Origin: an uncultured Spirochaetota bacterium
Lineage (GTDB): Bacteria; Spirochaetota; Brevinematia; Brevinematales; JAOACQ01
NCBI GenBank assembly: GCA_963835575.1
Contig: CAWIGG010000005.1
Location: 96,001-160,000, forward strand
Length of the DNA stretch: 64,000 nt
Direction: 5' to 3'
Shown here: piece after piece, positions 28,458 through 38,291 of the stretch
Layout: each line of letters begins with the position of its first letter
Numbering within the stretch: the stretch's first letter is position 1
Position numbers and translations under genes: made by a program
Notes under the pieces: generated by a model
Database searches by the model: none
Seen by the model: the letters and a program-made list of their open reading frames with translations, nothing else
What the model was told of the DNA's origin: nothing

Positions 28458-29758
28458 CCCATACTAAAGTTTATTTTAATAATGCATTAAATATTACTTT
28501 TAATTTCCTTTCAACACTACAGCTTTCAACAAAAATTGAACCAATTGTTCTTCGCGACCAATTTGGAAAGATTCGACTTCTTATTCGGGGCAACCAAACC
28601 ATTGTTGATGAATTGAAGTCTAAAACCAAAGATCTGTGGCTTTCATTAGAGAATTATGCTAATGTTGATGGTAAGAATATACTTGGGGAAGACGATTTTT
28701 TTGATTTATCAGTATTTGAAAGCCCCGAGATTGTTAAATACCAGCCGATTGACTCAGATAAATCCTTTCAACTACTGGACCGGCAGGTGACAGGGCAAGG
28801 TTGGTTAAAATCTTGTAACCGGACAGGTGTGGAAGGTCCCGGACGTATTGTTTTTTATGGTCTCAAAGGAGGGGTTGGTCGATCCACCGCGATGGCATTA
28901 TATGCTTATCATCTCAGTATTTCAGGTAAAAAAGTTCTTGCAGTTGACCTCGATCTTGAATCTCCTGGTCTTTCAAATATGATGTTACCCTTAGATAGAA
29001 TTCCTGAATTTGGTATAGTAGACTGGCTGGTGGAAGACGGTATTTCGAAAGAAAGCATGCCTATAGAAAGAGTAACAGCAATCAGCCCAATTTCTGATAT
29101 GGGAAGCGGTTCTGTTATTGTTGCATCTGCTATTCAGCATGGAGAAAACAATTATATATCCAAATTATCACGTATCTACGGTGATATTCCAACTAAGGAA
29201 GGTTCAGTCGATCATTTTTATGATCGTATCCAGAGATTCATTTCCGGATTGGAAGAAAAAATCAAACCGGACATTGTTCTGATTGATTCACGGGCAGGGT
29301 TGCATGATTTAGCCGCTGTGAGTATAACCGGTCTTGCGGATAAAGTGCTGATGTTCGGCAGTGATTCCGAACAAAGTTGGCAGGGATATCGGCTCTTATT
29401 TACTCACTGGCAACAGCGGCCTGATTTACTTAAAATGATTCGTGAGCGTTTGGCCATGGTTTATGCTCTTTTTCCAGAAGTGAACCAGTCAGAAAAAAGA
29501 GATTCTTACTTGAATAACGCATACGATTTATTTGCCGACACTATATATGAAGAAATACCAGCAGGGGCAAGTAAGCAGGAAGATTATTTCAATTTTGATT
29601 TGAATGATGAAAGCGCCCCTCATTATCCTGTTATAATAAAATGGAACCAGCGATTTCAAGAATTTTCAGCTGAATTAATTGATAAAGTATTGAAAAAGGA
29701 TGATATTAATTCCGCTTTTGGAGAATTTTTCGAAAAGATTGATTTATGGAGTAATTAA
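28454..29758 (+). CDS. ParA/MinD-like ATPase, KGGVGR variant, with N-terminal extension
   Basis: FYGLKGGVGRST deviant Walker A, VDLDLESPGL, LIDSRAG; ATGA overlap with the upstream gene. Confidence 0.88.
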   Translation: MTHTKVYFNNALNITFNFLSTLQLSTKIEPIVLRDQFGKIRLLIRGNQTIVDELKSKTKDLWLSLENYANVDGKNILGEDDFFDLSVFESPEIVKYQPIDSDKSFQLLDRQVTGQGWLKSCNRTGVEGPGRIVFYGLKGGVGRSTAMALYAYHLSISGKKVLAVDLDLESPGLSNMMLPLDRIPEFGIVDWLVEDGISKESMPIERVTAISPISDMGSGSVIVASAIQHGENNYISKLSRIYGDIPTKEGSVDHFYDRIQRFISGLEEKIKPDIVLIDSRAGLHDLAAVSITGLADKVLMFGSDSEQSWQGYRLLFTHWQQRPDLLKMIRERLAMVYALFPEVNQSEKRDSYLNNAYDLFADTIYEEIPAGASKQEDYFNFDLNDESAPHYPVIIKWNQRFQEFSAELIDKVLKKDDINSAFGEFFEKIDLWSN

Positions 29759-29762
29759 TAAA

Positions 29763-31253
29763 ATGGATAGAAATTATAATAAAGAGAAATTGCTTCTTGC
29801 CATTAAAGAAGTGACTAAAGAGGAATATCAGGACAGCAAAGATACTCCAATACCTACATATTTTATCTATATTCCTCAGAGTCATGCAAGAGCTCTTGAT
29901 CCCGATATTTCTATTGTTGTTGGAATTCGCGGCGCAGGAAAGAGTTTTTGGTGGCAAACCCTCACTAATCAAACTATACGCTCAGAATTGATTAAAACTA
30001 ATAAAGAAGAATTGTCTGAAATATCAAATGTTGATGTTTATAGAGGTTTTGGAAGCGGGCCTGATGATTCATATCCTTCAAAAGAAATTATAAATAATCT
30101 TTGTAAAAACTTTGAACCTAAGTTTGTATGGCGTGCTGTAATAGCCTATAATTTAAGATTACAGAGTGTTGTGCAACAATCAAAAAAGCAGCAGAACAAA
30201 TGGGAAATAATAACCAATTGGGTATTTAATAATATAGAAAATTACGAAAGGTCAATTGCTGCCAAAGATGATGAATTAACAAAAGCTGGAAGAAAAGCGT
30301 TAATTCTTTTTGACGCTTTGGACCGTCTGGCGGATGAATGGAAAGACATAAGACCTATAGCCAAGCAACTTTTTATGACTGCTCTTGAAATGCGAAGCTA
30401 TAAATCAATACGGCTTAAACTATTTGTCAGACCGGATATGTTAGGAGATGATACAATTCTTGCTTTCCCGGATGCATCCAAACTTAAAGCCAGAACACTC
30501 GATCTAACATGGAATCGCTCCGATCTGTATTCATTGTTTTTTCAAAGATTGGCAAACAGTACAAATTATGGGAACGATTTCAGAGATATTACCAAAAATA
30601 ATTTTCATATTGAATGGCAAAGAATAGATTCTTGGAGTCTATTGAAAAATTACCGGAATGATGAGGAAACTCTAAAAAAACTCTTTCATTCTATTACAGG
30701 ACCATTTATGGCAAAAGGCGAAAGCGGTAATAAACGGGGAACTCCTTACACATGGCTTGTAAACCACTTAATGGATGGACGAGATCAGGTAAGCCCCAGA
30801 AGTTTTCTAGCCGCATTATATAAAGCCGCAGAAACAGTTGTTGAAGATACAGCATGGAATTATCCTCTAAATCCAAAAGCAATACAAGCAGGAGTAACAA
30901 AAGCCTCATCTATCAGAAAAGATGAGATTGTATTAGAAGATTACCCATGGGTAAAATATCTTATGGAACCTCTCAGAGTAAATCGCCTGATTGTGCCCTG
31001 CGATAAAAAGGAAATCATTGTAATCTGGAATTCTAATAATACTGTGGAAAACTTTCGAAAGAAAATAGAAAATAGCCAGGATAGTGTTAAATTGCCTCCA
31101 ATAGATATAGAAGAGGGAACCATTGGAATTTTGAAAGATTTAATTGATCTTGGGATTTTTCAGAGTTTACCTAACCGCAAAATTCAAATGCCTGATGTAT
31201 ATCGAATCGCTTTTGGGATAGGACGAAAAGGCGGGGTAAAACCTTTAAGATAA
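29763..31253 (+). CDS. Large P-loop ATPase (STAND/AAA-like) of unknown function
   Basis: VVGIRGAGKS Walker A, LILFDALDRL Walker B, FVRPD, SPRSF; start placed at ATG 29763, 4 bp after the upstream stop. Confidence 0.82.
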   Translation: MDRNYNKEKLLLAIKEVTKEEYQDSKDTPIPTYFIYIPQSHARALDPDISIVVGIRGAGKSFWWQTLTNQTIRSELIKTNKEELSEISNVDVYRGFGSGPDDSYPSKEIINNLCKNFEPKFVWRAVIAYNLRLQSVVQQSKKQQNKWEIITNWVFNNIENYERSIAAKDDELTKAGRKALILFDALDRLADEWKDIRPIAKQLFMTALEMRSYKSIRLKLFVRPDMLGDDTILAFPDASKLKARTLDLTWNRSDLYSLFFQRLANSTNYGNDFRDITKNNFHIEWQRIDSWSLLKNYRNDEETLKKLFHSITGPFMAKGESGNKRGTPYTWLVNHLMDGRDQVSPRSFLAALYKAAETVVEDTAWNYPLNPKAIQAGVTKASSIRKDEIVLEDYPWVKYLMEPLRVNRLIVPCDKKEIIVIWNSNNTVENFRKKIENSQDSVKLPPIDIEEGTIGILKDLIDLGIFQSLPNRKIQMPDVYRIAFGIGRKGGVKPLR

Positions 31254-31458
31254 GACTAAACATTAAGTATTACATTCCACATTCAGAGTTTATACTGAGC
31301 AGCGCAGTAAATTAAAGGGTGCCCTCTGCTTTTCTCTGCGCCCTTGTGTTTAACCCCCAAAAGCAACTTACCATATTCAAGATCCGACTTACAAAATTAA
31401 GCCTTTCCATCCAAACCGACCTTCGTGCCTTCCCGTCTTCCTGTTAATTTTAGTTTCA

Positions 31459-33282
31459 CTACTTATCCTTATAAAATCTTTTTAGCTCATAAAAGGCAAG
31501 CTTCTTTTTCCTTTTATCAGCGGTCAGAAGCCCTTTTATATTATAATAATTCTGCGTAAAGTGCAGGCGGCGCGGGCAGCGGAAATCATACATGATCCAG
31601 GGGGTTATTCCCTTCACATAGGGAATACGCGCGATTGTTTCCAGCTGTTTTTTATAGACCTCAAGCTGGAATTCTTCCGTTCCCAGCATCCCTCTTTTGT
31701 TCCTGAAGCCGGCCTTCGCGTCGGCGCCGAATTCCGATATGATGACGGGTTTAACCGGTTTGCTGTTTTGAAATATCTTCAAGAGTTTGCTGAAATCGGG
31801 CTCATACCAGCCGTAATACTCATTGAAGCCGATGATGTCCAGCCTTGAGGCCAGGCGGTCGGCAATTTTCAGGTTAATATGGTCAACCAGGCAGGCCGCC
31901 GAAACAAGCCTTGAAGGATCAAGCTTTCGGGCTTTAAGGACAAGCCCCGACATAAAACGGCAGCGCGGGTCCGTATCCGGGTTCTCATTGCCGACCGACC
32001 ATATGATGACGCTGGCGCGGTTAGAGTCCCTTGTTATCAGTTCCGCAAGCTGGTTTTCAGCGTCATGATATGTATCCGGATTTTCAAACTCGATCGCCCA
32101 GTACACCGGGATTTCCTCCCAGAGCATTATTCCCATTTCATCTGCGATCTGCGCCGCCCTTTCCGTGTGCGGGTAATGGGCCAGCCGGATGAAATTGCAG
32201 TTCAGTTCTTTCGCGATTTTGATGTTCTCAATGATCTCTTTATCGCTCATCGCCTTACCGTTGCGGACGCTTTCCTCGTGCTGGCTAATCCCTTTCAGAA
32301 AGATAGGTTTTCCATTTAAAAGTATATCCTGCTTTTCCGTTCTTATTTCCCGGAAGCCGGTCCTGTCGCTGACCCTGTCTTCTTTATAAGATAATGAGAC
32401 ATTATAAAGCGCCGGGTTTTCAGGCGACCATAATTCCGGCGCGGCCTTGAATACCGCCTGGCCTTTCCCGTTCTTTACGGCAATTTTTTCCCGGACAGAA
32501 AGGCCTGGTATTTCCAGCTCTGCCGTTCCGTCCTTTTCAGGTCCGTCAACCGATAATTCAGCCCGGATTTCCCTGAAATTGCCGCCGGGAACAAGATGGA
32601 TAAAATACTGCCTGATAAAAGTCTCGGGAAGCCGGACCAATTCCACATCCCTGTAAATCCCGCCGTAATTAAACCAGTCGGTATTATCATTCGGGACATT
32701 GTTTTTTTTACGCGTATTATCGGCGGTAACGATCAGCCGGTTATTTTCCTCCAGTAAACCGGTAACCTCGATATAAAACGGCGTCGAGCCGCCGCGGTGC
32801 ATCCCGATAAATTTACGGTTCAGAAATACTTTGGCCTCATAATTAACGGCGCCGAACTTCAGGAATACCCTTTTCTCGCCGCGGTTTTTATAAATGAATT
32901 TCCTGGTGTAAACAGCGCTGCCCTCGTAAAGGAAATATTTCTCTCTCTCAACATTCCAGCATGCGGGGACCCGGATCTTTTCCCACCGGTCAAAACTGTA
33001 GTCCAGAGGCAGAGGACGGCCGCCGGCATCATGCGATTTTTCCTCATACCATTTCGACCGGACGCAGTTATCATAACGGTCTATGCCGAAATTCCACAAG
33101 CCGTTTAATGACTCTTTATCCCGGTTCCTGTCGAAGATCATGCCGGTGTAATTCAGCATTTTTTTTAAAAAAGGGCTGTTATAATCATTATCATGGATAT
33201 TGGATAGAAAATTACTTGATTTATCCGCCATATTCATCTCCGGGATTATAGGACATTTTTTATTTGATTCTTTCAAATTCAA
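31459..33282 (-). CDS. GH2 glycoside hydrolase, beta-glucuronidase-like
   Basis: DWFNYGGIYR, IRLAHYPH, WSVGNE (acid/base), ISEFGAD (nucleophile), N.KG motif (YNIKG). The real start may be a few codons downstream. Confidence 0.9.
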   Translation of the reverse strand: MNLKESNKKCPIIPEMNMADKSSNFLSNIHDNDYNSPFLKKMLNYTGMIFDRNRDKESLNGLWNFGIDRYDNCVRSKWYEEKSHDAGGRPLPLDYSFDRWEKIRVPACWNVEREKYFLYEGSAVYTRKFIYKNRGEKRVFLKFGAVNYEAKVFLNRKFIGMHRGGSTPFYIEVTGLLEENNRLIVTADNTRKKNNVPNDNTDWFNYGGIYRDVELVRLPETFIRQYFIHLVPGGNFREIRAELSVDGPEKDGTAELEIPGLSVREKIAVKNGKGQAVFKAAPELWSPENPALYNVSLSYKEDRVSDRTGFREIRTEKQDILLNGKPIFLKGISQHEESVRNGKAMSDKEIIENIKIAKELNCNFIRLAHYPHTERAAQIADEMGIMLWEEIPVYWAIEFENPDTYHDAENQLAELITRDSNRASVIIWSVGNENPDTDPRCRFMSGLVLKARKLDPSRLVSAACLVDHINLKIADRLASRLDIIGFNEYYGWYEPDFSKLLKIFQNSKPVKPVIISEFGADAKAGFRNKRGMLGTEEFQLEVYKKQLETIARIPYVKGITPWIMYDFRCPRRLHFTQNYYNIKGLLTADKRKKKLAFYELKRFYKDK

Positions 33283-34918
33283 GACCGAAAAGATTTATCT
33301 TTTCACCGGATACGGATATTGTTTCACCGGAATATCTGCCGAAGCCGGTTATGACGGCTTCCGAATCATTAACCGCGTCGAGGTATAGTTTCAGTCTGCC
33401 CATTTTGCCGGTAGAGGCGGAAAGGACCAGCCCGTCAGGGCTGTATGATAATTTGAAGTTTTTCAGCCTGGGGTTTTCTTCATTGGAACAGATATAATCG
33501 CCCGTCCATTTCTTCCAGGCTTCCGTTGTATTCAAGCTTCTGAATTCCCCGCCCTGGGGCGAGCGGAATCCCAGTTGTTCCATAGCGAATATTCTTTCGC
33601 CGTTGATTTCAACAATACCAAGCCTGATCATCGACAACTGCTTTAAACTCAAAGGAAGAAAACCGAATAATAGCAGTTTTACATTAAACCAGCCGTCCCT
33701 GCATGGGAGCATGAGAAAATTCCCGGACGGCATCATGGCGATCAGTTTGCTTCCCGATTCTTTTATGTTTACAATTCCGGACAGGGAGATAAAACGCCCG
33801 GCGGATTTCCTTATTATTTCCGGGGTCAGTTTTATTAAAGTCCTGTTTTCATCTCCGGGGGGTTTTATGCCGTATTTATCCTCCACAATAAGCCCCAGGA
33901 TATCAATGGAAACCTGGTGGTTCATAAGCGCGCCCGACGCGGAATTCGTCAGGAGAGTTATTCCCAGCTTCCTTTCAGGAATGAGAACGGTTAAACTGAA
34001 AAAATTCGGAGTGCCTCCGTCATGCCAGATCACCTTTCCCGCGTAATCGAGGCCCGGCTTGCCGGTGAACCAGCCCAGCCCGCCGACATAACTCATATCG
34101 ATCGGGTTTTCCGGGTACTGGGGAGTAAACATCATATTTAAAGTATTTTGCTTTGTGAATAAACCTCTGCCGCCGTTCAGAACGGCTTTCATAAATACGG
34201 CCATATCGTCCGCGTTTGAAAATATCCCTCCGGGCGGGACCTCTTTCATCATGAGCGGTTCGTTCTGTTCCCTGCCTGAGGCATAGGGCTTGGAAAGATC
34301 TTTTTTCATATCATCCGGGAGCACAATTGAAGACCGCGTCATACCGAGGCCTTTCAGCAGAACATCTTCAATATATTTGTGATACGGCATTCCGCTGACG
34401 CGGCTGATCAGCACGCCCAGTAGTTCATAACCGAGATTGGAATAATAAAACATCTTCCCGGACGGATAAGGCATGCAGGCATTTTTAAGATAAACCGTGA
34501 CCGATTGAAAAGCCTCAGGGTCCTGGGAAAAGTAATCCTTAAAATTATCGCTGGGAAGGCCCGAATGATGACAGAGAATATCACGGATAATGACAGGGCC
34601 GTTATCCGGGAAGCGGGATTTGACTGAAAATTCCGGAATATAATCCCTGACCGGCTTATCAATATCGATCTTCCCCTCTTCGGCCAGCCGCATTACCGCC
34701 GAAGCCGTAAAAACTTTTGTAATGGACCCGATCTTAAAGACCGTGGAATTATCAGCCGGAATTTTATTCGCCTTATCGGCAAACCCGAAACCTTTTGAAA
34801 ATAGAGTTTCATCGCCGTGCACGATGGAAACCGCGGCGCCTGTAATCTTGAGCTCTTTCATTTTATGGTTGATTAAACCGGAAATTTTACCGGACAGGCT
34901 GTTCTTAATATTCTGCAT
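33260..34918 (-). CDS. Serine hydrolase, beta-lactamase class C/AmpC-like
   Basis: FKIGSITK (SxxK), LCHHSG, YSN, WHDGG. Confidence 0.92.
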   Translation of the reverse strand: MQNIKNSLSGKISGLINHKMKELKITGAAVSIVHGDETLFSKGFGFADKANKIPADNSTVFKIGSITKVFTASAVMRLAEEGKIDIDKPVRDYIPEFSVKSRFPDNGPVIIRDILCHHSGLPSDNFKDYFSQDPEAFQSVTVYLKNACMPYPSGKMFYYSNLGYELLGVLISRVSGMPYHKYIEDVLLKGLGMTRSSIVLPDDMKKDLSKPYASGREQNEPLMMKEVPPGGIFSNADDMAVFMKAVLNGGRGLFTKQNTLNMMFTPQYPENPIDMSYVGGLGWFTGKPGLDYAGKVIWHDGGTPNFFSLTVLIPERKLGITLLTNSASGALMNHQVSIDILGLIVEDKYGIKPPGDENRTLIKLTPEIIRKSAGRFISLSGIVNIKESGSKLIAMMPSGNFLMLPCRDGWFNVKLLLFGFLPLSLKQLSMIRLGIVEINGERIFAMEQLGFRSPQGGEFRSLNTTEAWKKWTGDYICSNEENPRLKNFKLSYSPDGLVLSASTGKMGRLKLYLDAVNDSEAVITGFGRYSGETISVSGEKINLFGLEFERIK

Positions 34919-35143
34919 ATTGACCTCGCAACAGATGGATCAATATCATAATTCCATTGTTGAAATAATTCAAAATTTTAGACTGTAAACATCTTCATTA
35001 TCAGGTTTATTAATCTATTTCAGGATATAAAGAACTGCCCGGCGCCTTAAAAAAGAATATCAAATATTGATTTAAATATGAATTGACAGAACCCTGAGCC
35101 GAAATTAGAATCATGAATCATTATTAAAAATGCGGAGGTCTTT

Positions 35144-35488
35144 ATGGTCATACATCCATCCGAAATGAAAATCGATATAAAGGAAAAAATGCGCGAAGGC
35201 GAAGGTTCGGTTAAGATGCTCCATCTGGTCGAAGGGGATAAAATGAAAAACGCCCGGCTTCTGGCCCATCTGACCATAACGCCGGGATCAAGCATCGGTA
35301 CGCATGAGCATCTGAATGAAACGGAGTATTATATCATCCTGAAAGGAAAGGGTATTGTTCTTGATAACGGCATAGAGAAGGATGTCTCTCCCGGGGATGT
35401 CGTCGTCACCGGCGGCGGGGAATCGCACAGCATCAGGAATACCGGCCATGATGACCTGGAGCTTCTGGCAGTGATCATTACATACTAA
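35144..35488 (+). CDS. Cupin domain protein
   Basis: PGSSIGTHEH..E.EYY.I..GKG...GD......G..HSI.NTG. Confidence 0.93.
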   Translation: MVIHPSEMKIDIKEKMREGEGSVKMLHLVEGDKMKNARLLAHLTITPGSSIGTHEHLNETEYYIILKGKGIVLDNGIEKDVSPGDVVVTGGGESHSIRNTGHDDLELLAVIITY

Positions 35489-35501
35489 AAATAAATTTAT
35501 T

Positions 35502-35836
35502 TTCACAGGAAGACACGAAGTCGCGAAGAAAATATTTACATGCTTGAGATTTTAATCAGATTTCGGGATGTTATAAAATAAATATTTTGGATTAAGAAAA
35601 TAAGTATTATTAAAAAATATTAATAGCCCGGACATTTTAACAGGATTGAATATTATTTATTCATCCTTGAAAATACTGGCTTTCATGGATGGTTGATTAA
35701 ATCATAAAATGAAAGAAACTGAAAGAAAAGGAAATATAATTACAACTCTCTTATATATGATATTAAAAAGAACTATATTGAAATAAGATAAATTTGTTAT
35801 TTCAGATATCATCGTGCCTTCGTGACTTCCTGTGAA
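35502..35836. repeat. Inverted-arm element with AT-rich interior
   Basis: TTCACAGGAAGACACGAAGTCGCGAAGA (35502) pairs with TCATCGTGCCTTCGTGACTTCCTGTGAA (35809-35836). Confidence 0.85.
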
Positions 35837-35864
35837 TTGAATTATAATTTAGTATCAACCTGTT

Positions 35865-36410
35865 TTATAATAATTTCTGATAATAAACGTTATCCAGGAC
35901 TCTGTCGAATTTATATCCCATATTCTTAAAATAACCGCACTTTTCATAACCGCACTTTTCGAAAAGCTTTATGCTCCCGGTATTCTCGGCGCAAATCCCG
36001 GCTATGATCGTTTTTATCCCCTTTTCCCCGGCAGCTTTTTCCATGTATTCAACAGCGGCGGTCCCTATCCCCTTTTTCGTCTGTTCCGCTTTTATATAAA
36101 TAGTAATTTCATAGGTAAAGCGGTACCCTTCTTTTGAGCTGTACGGCCTGAGAAGACAGAACCCGCAGAAATCATCCCTGTCATAAATGCAGAAGGCGTA
36201 CACGGCAGGATTTTCAATATTAAAAAAATTTATTACTTCCCGCGGCTTGAGAGTATTGATATGATAGGTGGCTGTTGAATTGATAACATAATAGTTATAG
36301 AGCGCGGCGACATCGGCGTAATTCTTTTTTCCCGTTTTTTTAAAAATAATCTCATTCATAATTTTATACCCTTCATAAAAAATATCGGCGTTATTAAATC
36401 CTTCGGACAT
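35865..36410 (-). CDS. GNAT N-acetyltransferase (Pat/YncA-like)
   Basis: YNYYVINSTATY, EITIYI, GIGT, N.GSIKLFEKCGY, GYKF. Confidence 0.9.
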   Translation of the reverse strand: MSEGFNNADIFYEGYKIMNEIIFKKTGKKNYADVAALYNYYVINSTATYHINTLKPREVINFFNIENPAVYAFCIYDRDDFCGFCLLRPYSSKEGYRFTYEITIYIKAEQTKKGIGTAAVEYMEKAAGEKGIKTIIAGICAENTGSIKLFEKCGYEKCGYFKNMGYKFDRVLDNVYYQKLL

Positions 36411-36413
36411 TCT

Positions 36414-37271
36414 TCAGCCGAAACAGGCATTGGAATGCCTGAAGGGAGGGATTTCCACGGCTTCTCCTCCCAGCGCCCGGTTAAGGCATGTCATATAATG
36501 CACGGTATAATTTTCCGCTTCAAATATGCAGTCGATCAGACGGAGCCCGCATTCCGGCAATGCCCTGACCAGATCGACGGCGCGGGCATGCTTCATGAAT
36601 GAGTCCATTCTCTTGCGGATATTGTAAAAATAGTCGCTGACGCTGACAAAGGGACGGTGCGCCGGATTGACCTCTTTGAAATTATCTTCCTTGAAATAAT
36701 CGGCCGGGTCAATCCTTTCCAATTTCCGCGCGTCCATAAAATAATCCCTGAAGCCGGCTGGTTCCAGGACCCATTTATCGATGAATGTCAGTATTTTCAG
36801 GATATGCCGCCAGAACGGCATTCCGCCGTATTCCCTGTTCCAGTCAATAAAGACCTTGTTCCTTTTTTCCCGGTTCCAGGTGATCGCGTTATTGCGCCCC
36901 AGAAGGTCCTCGATATCCCAGAGCAGGTAATTCAGGCGGCCGAAAACGGCCTCCGGAGAACCGTACGGGCTTCCTGCCATTGCGGGAAGAGCGGACACTC
37001 TTTTCCGCTTCCCGTAATGGGCCCCTTTCCTCCAGATATTGAGAGCGCTGGAAGTCCTGAGGTAGGTATTATATTCTTCCCTTTTTACCGGATCGGTCAG
37101 TACGCTGTAAGCATTATAGATCATCCTGAAATCCGCTTCCGATTCGGGGGAATTATTGTTTTTGTCCGGATGATGTATTAACGCCAGCCTGCGGAAAGCA
37201 GCTTTTATCTCTTCTATGCCGGCATTATCCGGCACATTCAGGATTTCGTAAAAAGAGGAATAGGGGATCAT
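36414..37271 (-). CDS. J-domain protein with uncharacterised C-terminal domain
   Basis: FYEILNV...IKAAFRRLALIHHPDKN...AYSVL.DP.KR..Y. Confidence 0.85.
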   Translation of the reverse strand: MIPYSSFYEILNVPDNAGIEEIKAAFRRLALIHHPDKNNNSPESEADFRMIYNAYSVLTDPVKREEYNTYLRTSSALNIWRKGAHYGKRKRVSALPAMAGSPYGSPEAVFGRLNYLLWDIEDLLGRNNAITWNREKRNKVFIDWNREYGGMPFWRHILKILTFIDKWVLEPAGFRDYFMDARKLERIDPADYFKEDNFKEVNPAHRPFVSVSDYFYNIRKRMDSFMKHARAVDLVRALPECGLRLIDCIFEAENYTVHYMTCLNRALGGEAVEIPPFRHSNACFG

Positions 37272-37382
37272 ACTTTCTTATTCCTTAATTTTTATAAAGT
37301 ATATCATACTTTTATATTGAAATCAAAGGGCGCCTTTGCCGGGGGGGCTTTCTTTTATTTTTTAAATCAAGAACGGATTCTT

Positions 37383-38150
37383 ATTCCGACTCGCAATCGG
37401 GGTGTCCACTTTCTTTTGCTCGTCCAATACTTCGGCCAGGCTCGGCAACCGCAATTCATTGTTTAATTGACATAAGCCAAGAAAGCAATGCCCCTCGCCC
37501 CGCACCATTTTGTAAGCTACTCCAGTTGAGGCTGTTCAAAATGGTGCGGGGCGAGGGGAAAAGGACGCCCTCCACGGTTTTCTTTAATCGCATATCTTTA
37601 TTGACTCTAATGTGGCATTCTTCAGAATAATAATTTTGATACTCAATTATATTTATGCCTTTCTTATGTCGCCGTCCGTGGCTTTATTCGAAAGGCGGCC
37701 GCAATCCATTGCGGCATGTATGTCTCTTTTATTATATACTTCGCAGAATGCCGCTGGTGAGAACTTATGTATTTAATAACTATTCGAAAATCTGGCAGGG
37801 AAAAACCGCGGAGGGTTGCTACGCTTGGTATACGGCTCCTTAATGAATTATAACGGCTCTTTATTATATTATAATGCTTATTGGGGTATCGACCTCCCGC
37901 AGACCCAGAGTGATGCGGTAAGTCGGGGCGAAGCGAATCGAAGGAGGCAGTCCTACACCGCTGACTCAATAAACTGAAAATTGGAGCCCGGACACCGAGC
38001 CACGTCGAGGTGTGATTTCCGAAGAAAATTGTATCAAGATGTCCGTGCCTTTACCATTACGCCGTCCGTGTCCCTCACCACTTTGTCCGGCTTACGCGGT
38101 GAGACTTACAAAGTGGTGAGGGATTACTCAGGGCAGGCCTTGCCGCAAGC
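37383..38150. repeat. Non-coding region built from nested palindromic repeats
   Basis: 22-bp perfect stem 37491-37558, 16-bp stem 38071-38123, GCCGTCCGTG motifs, CTTCGGCCAGGCTCGG-type mini-hairpins; no credible ORF. Confidence 0.75.
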
Positions 38151-38291
38151 ATGAGCTTCTCTTCTATTATAGTGGTAGCGGATAACACGACTATTAATCA
38201 AGATATTTTATGTACAGATTATGGCCAGGAAGAAAATTGCCTCGGGAACGCATTAACTAAACGCGGCAAGGCACAAGCAGTATGTTTGTCA

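Noticed and set aside
28454..29758. Plasmid or chromosome partitioning ParA
   Set aside because: KGGVGR variant with a long N-terminal extension, no adjacent parB, and coupling to HEPN-like and ATPase genes.
33260..34918. True antibiotic-resistance beta-lactamase
   Set aside because: No signal peptide, long C-terminal extension and generic serine hydrolase motifs; the substrate cannot be inferred.
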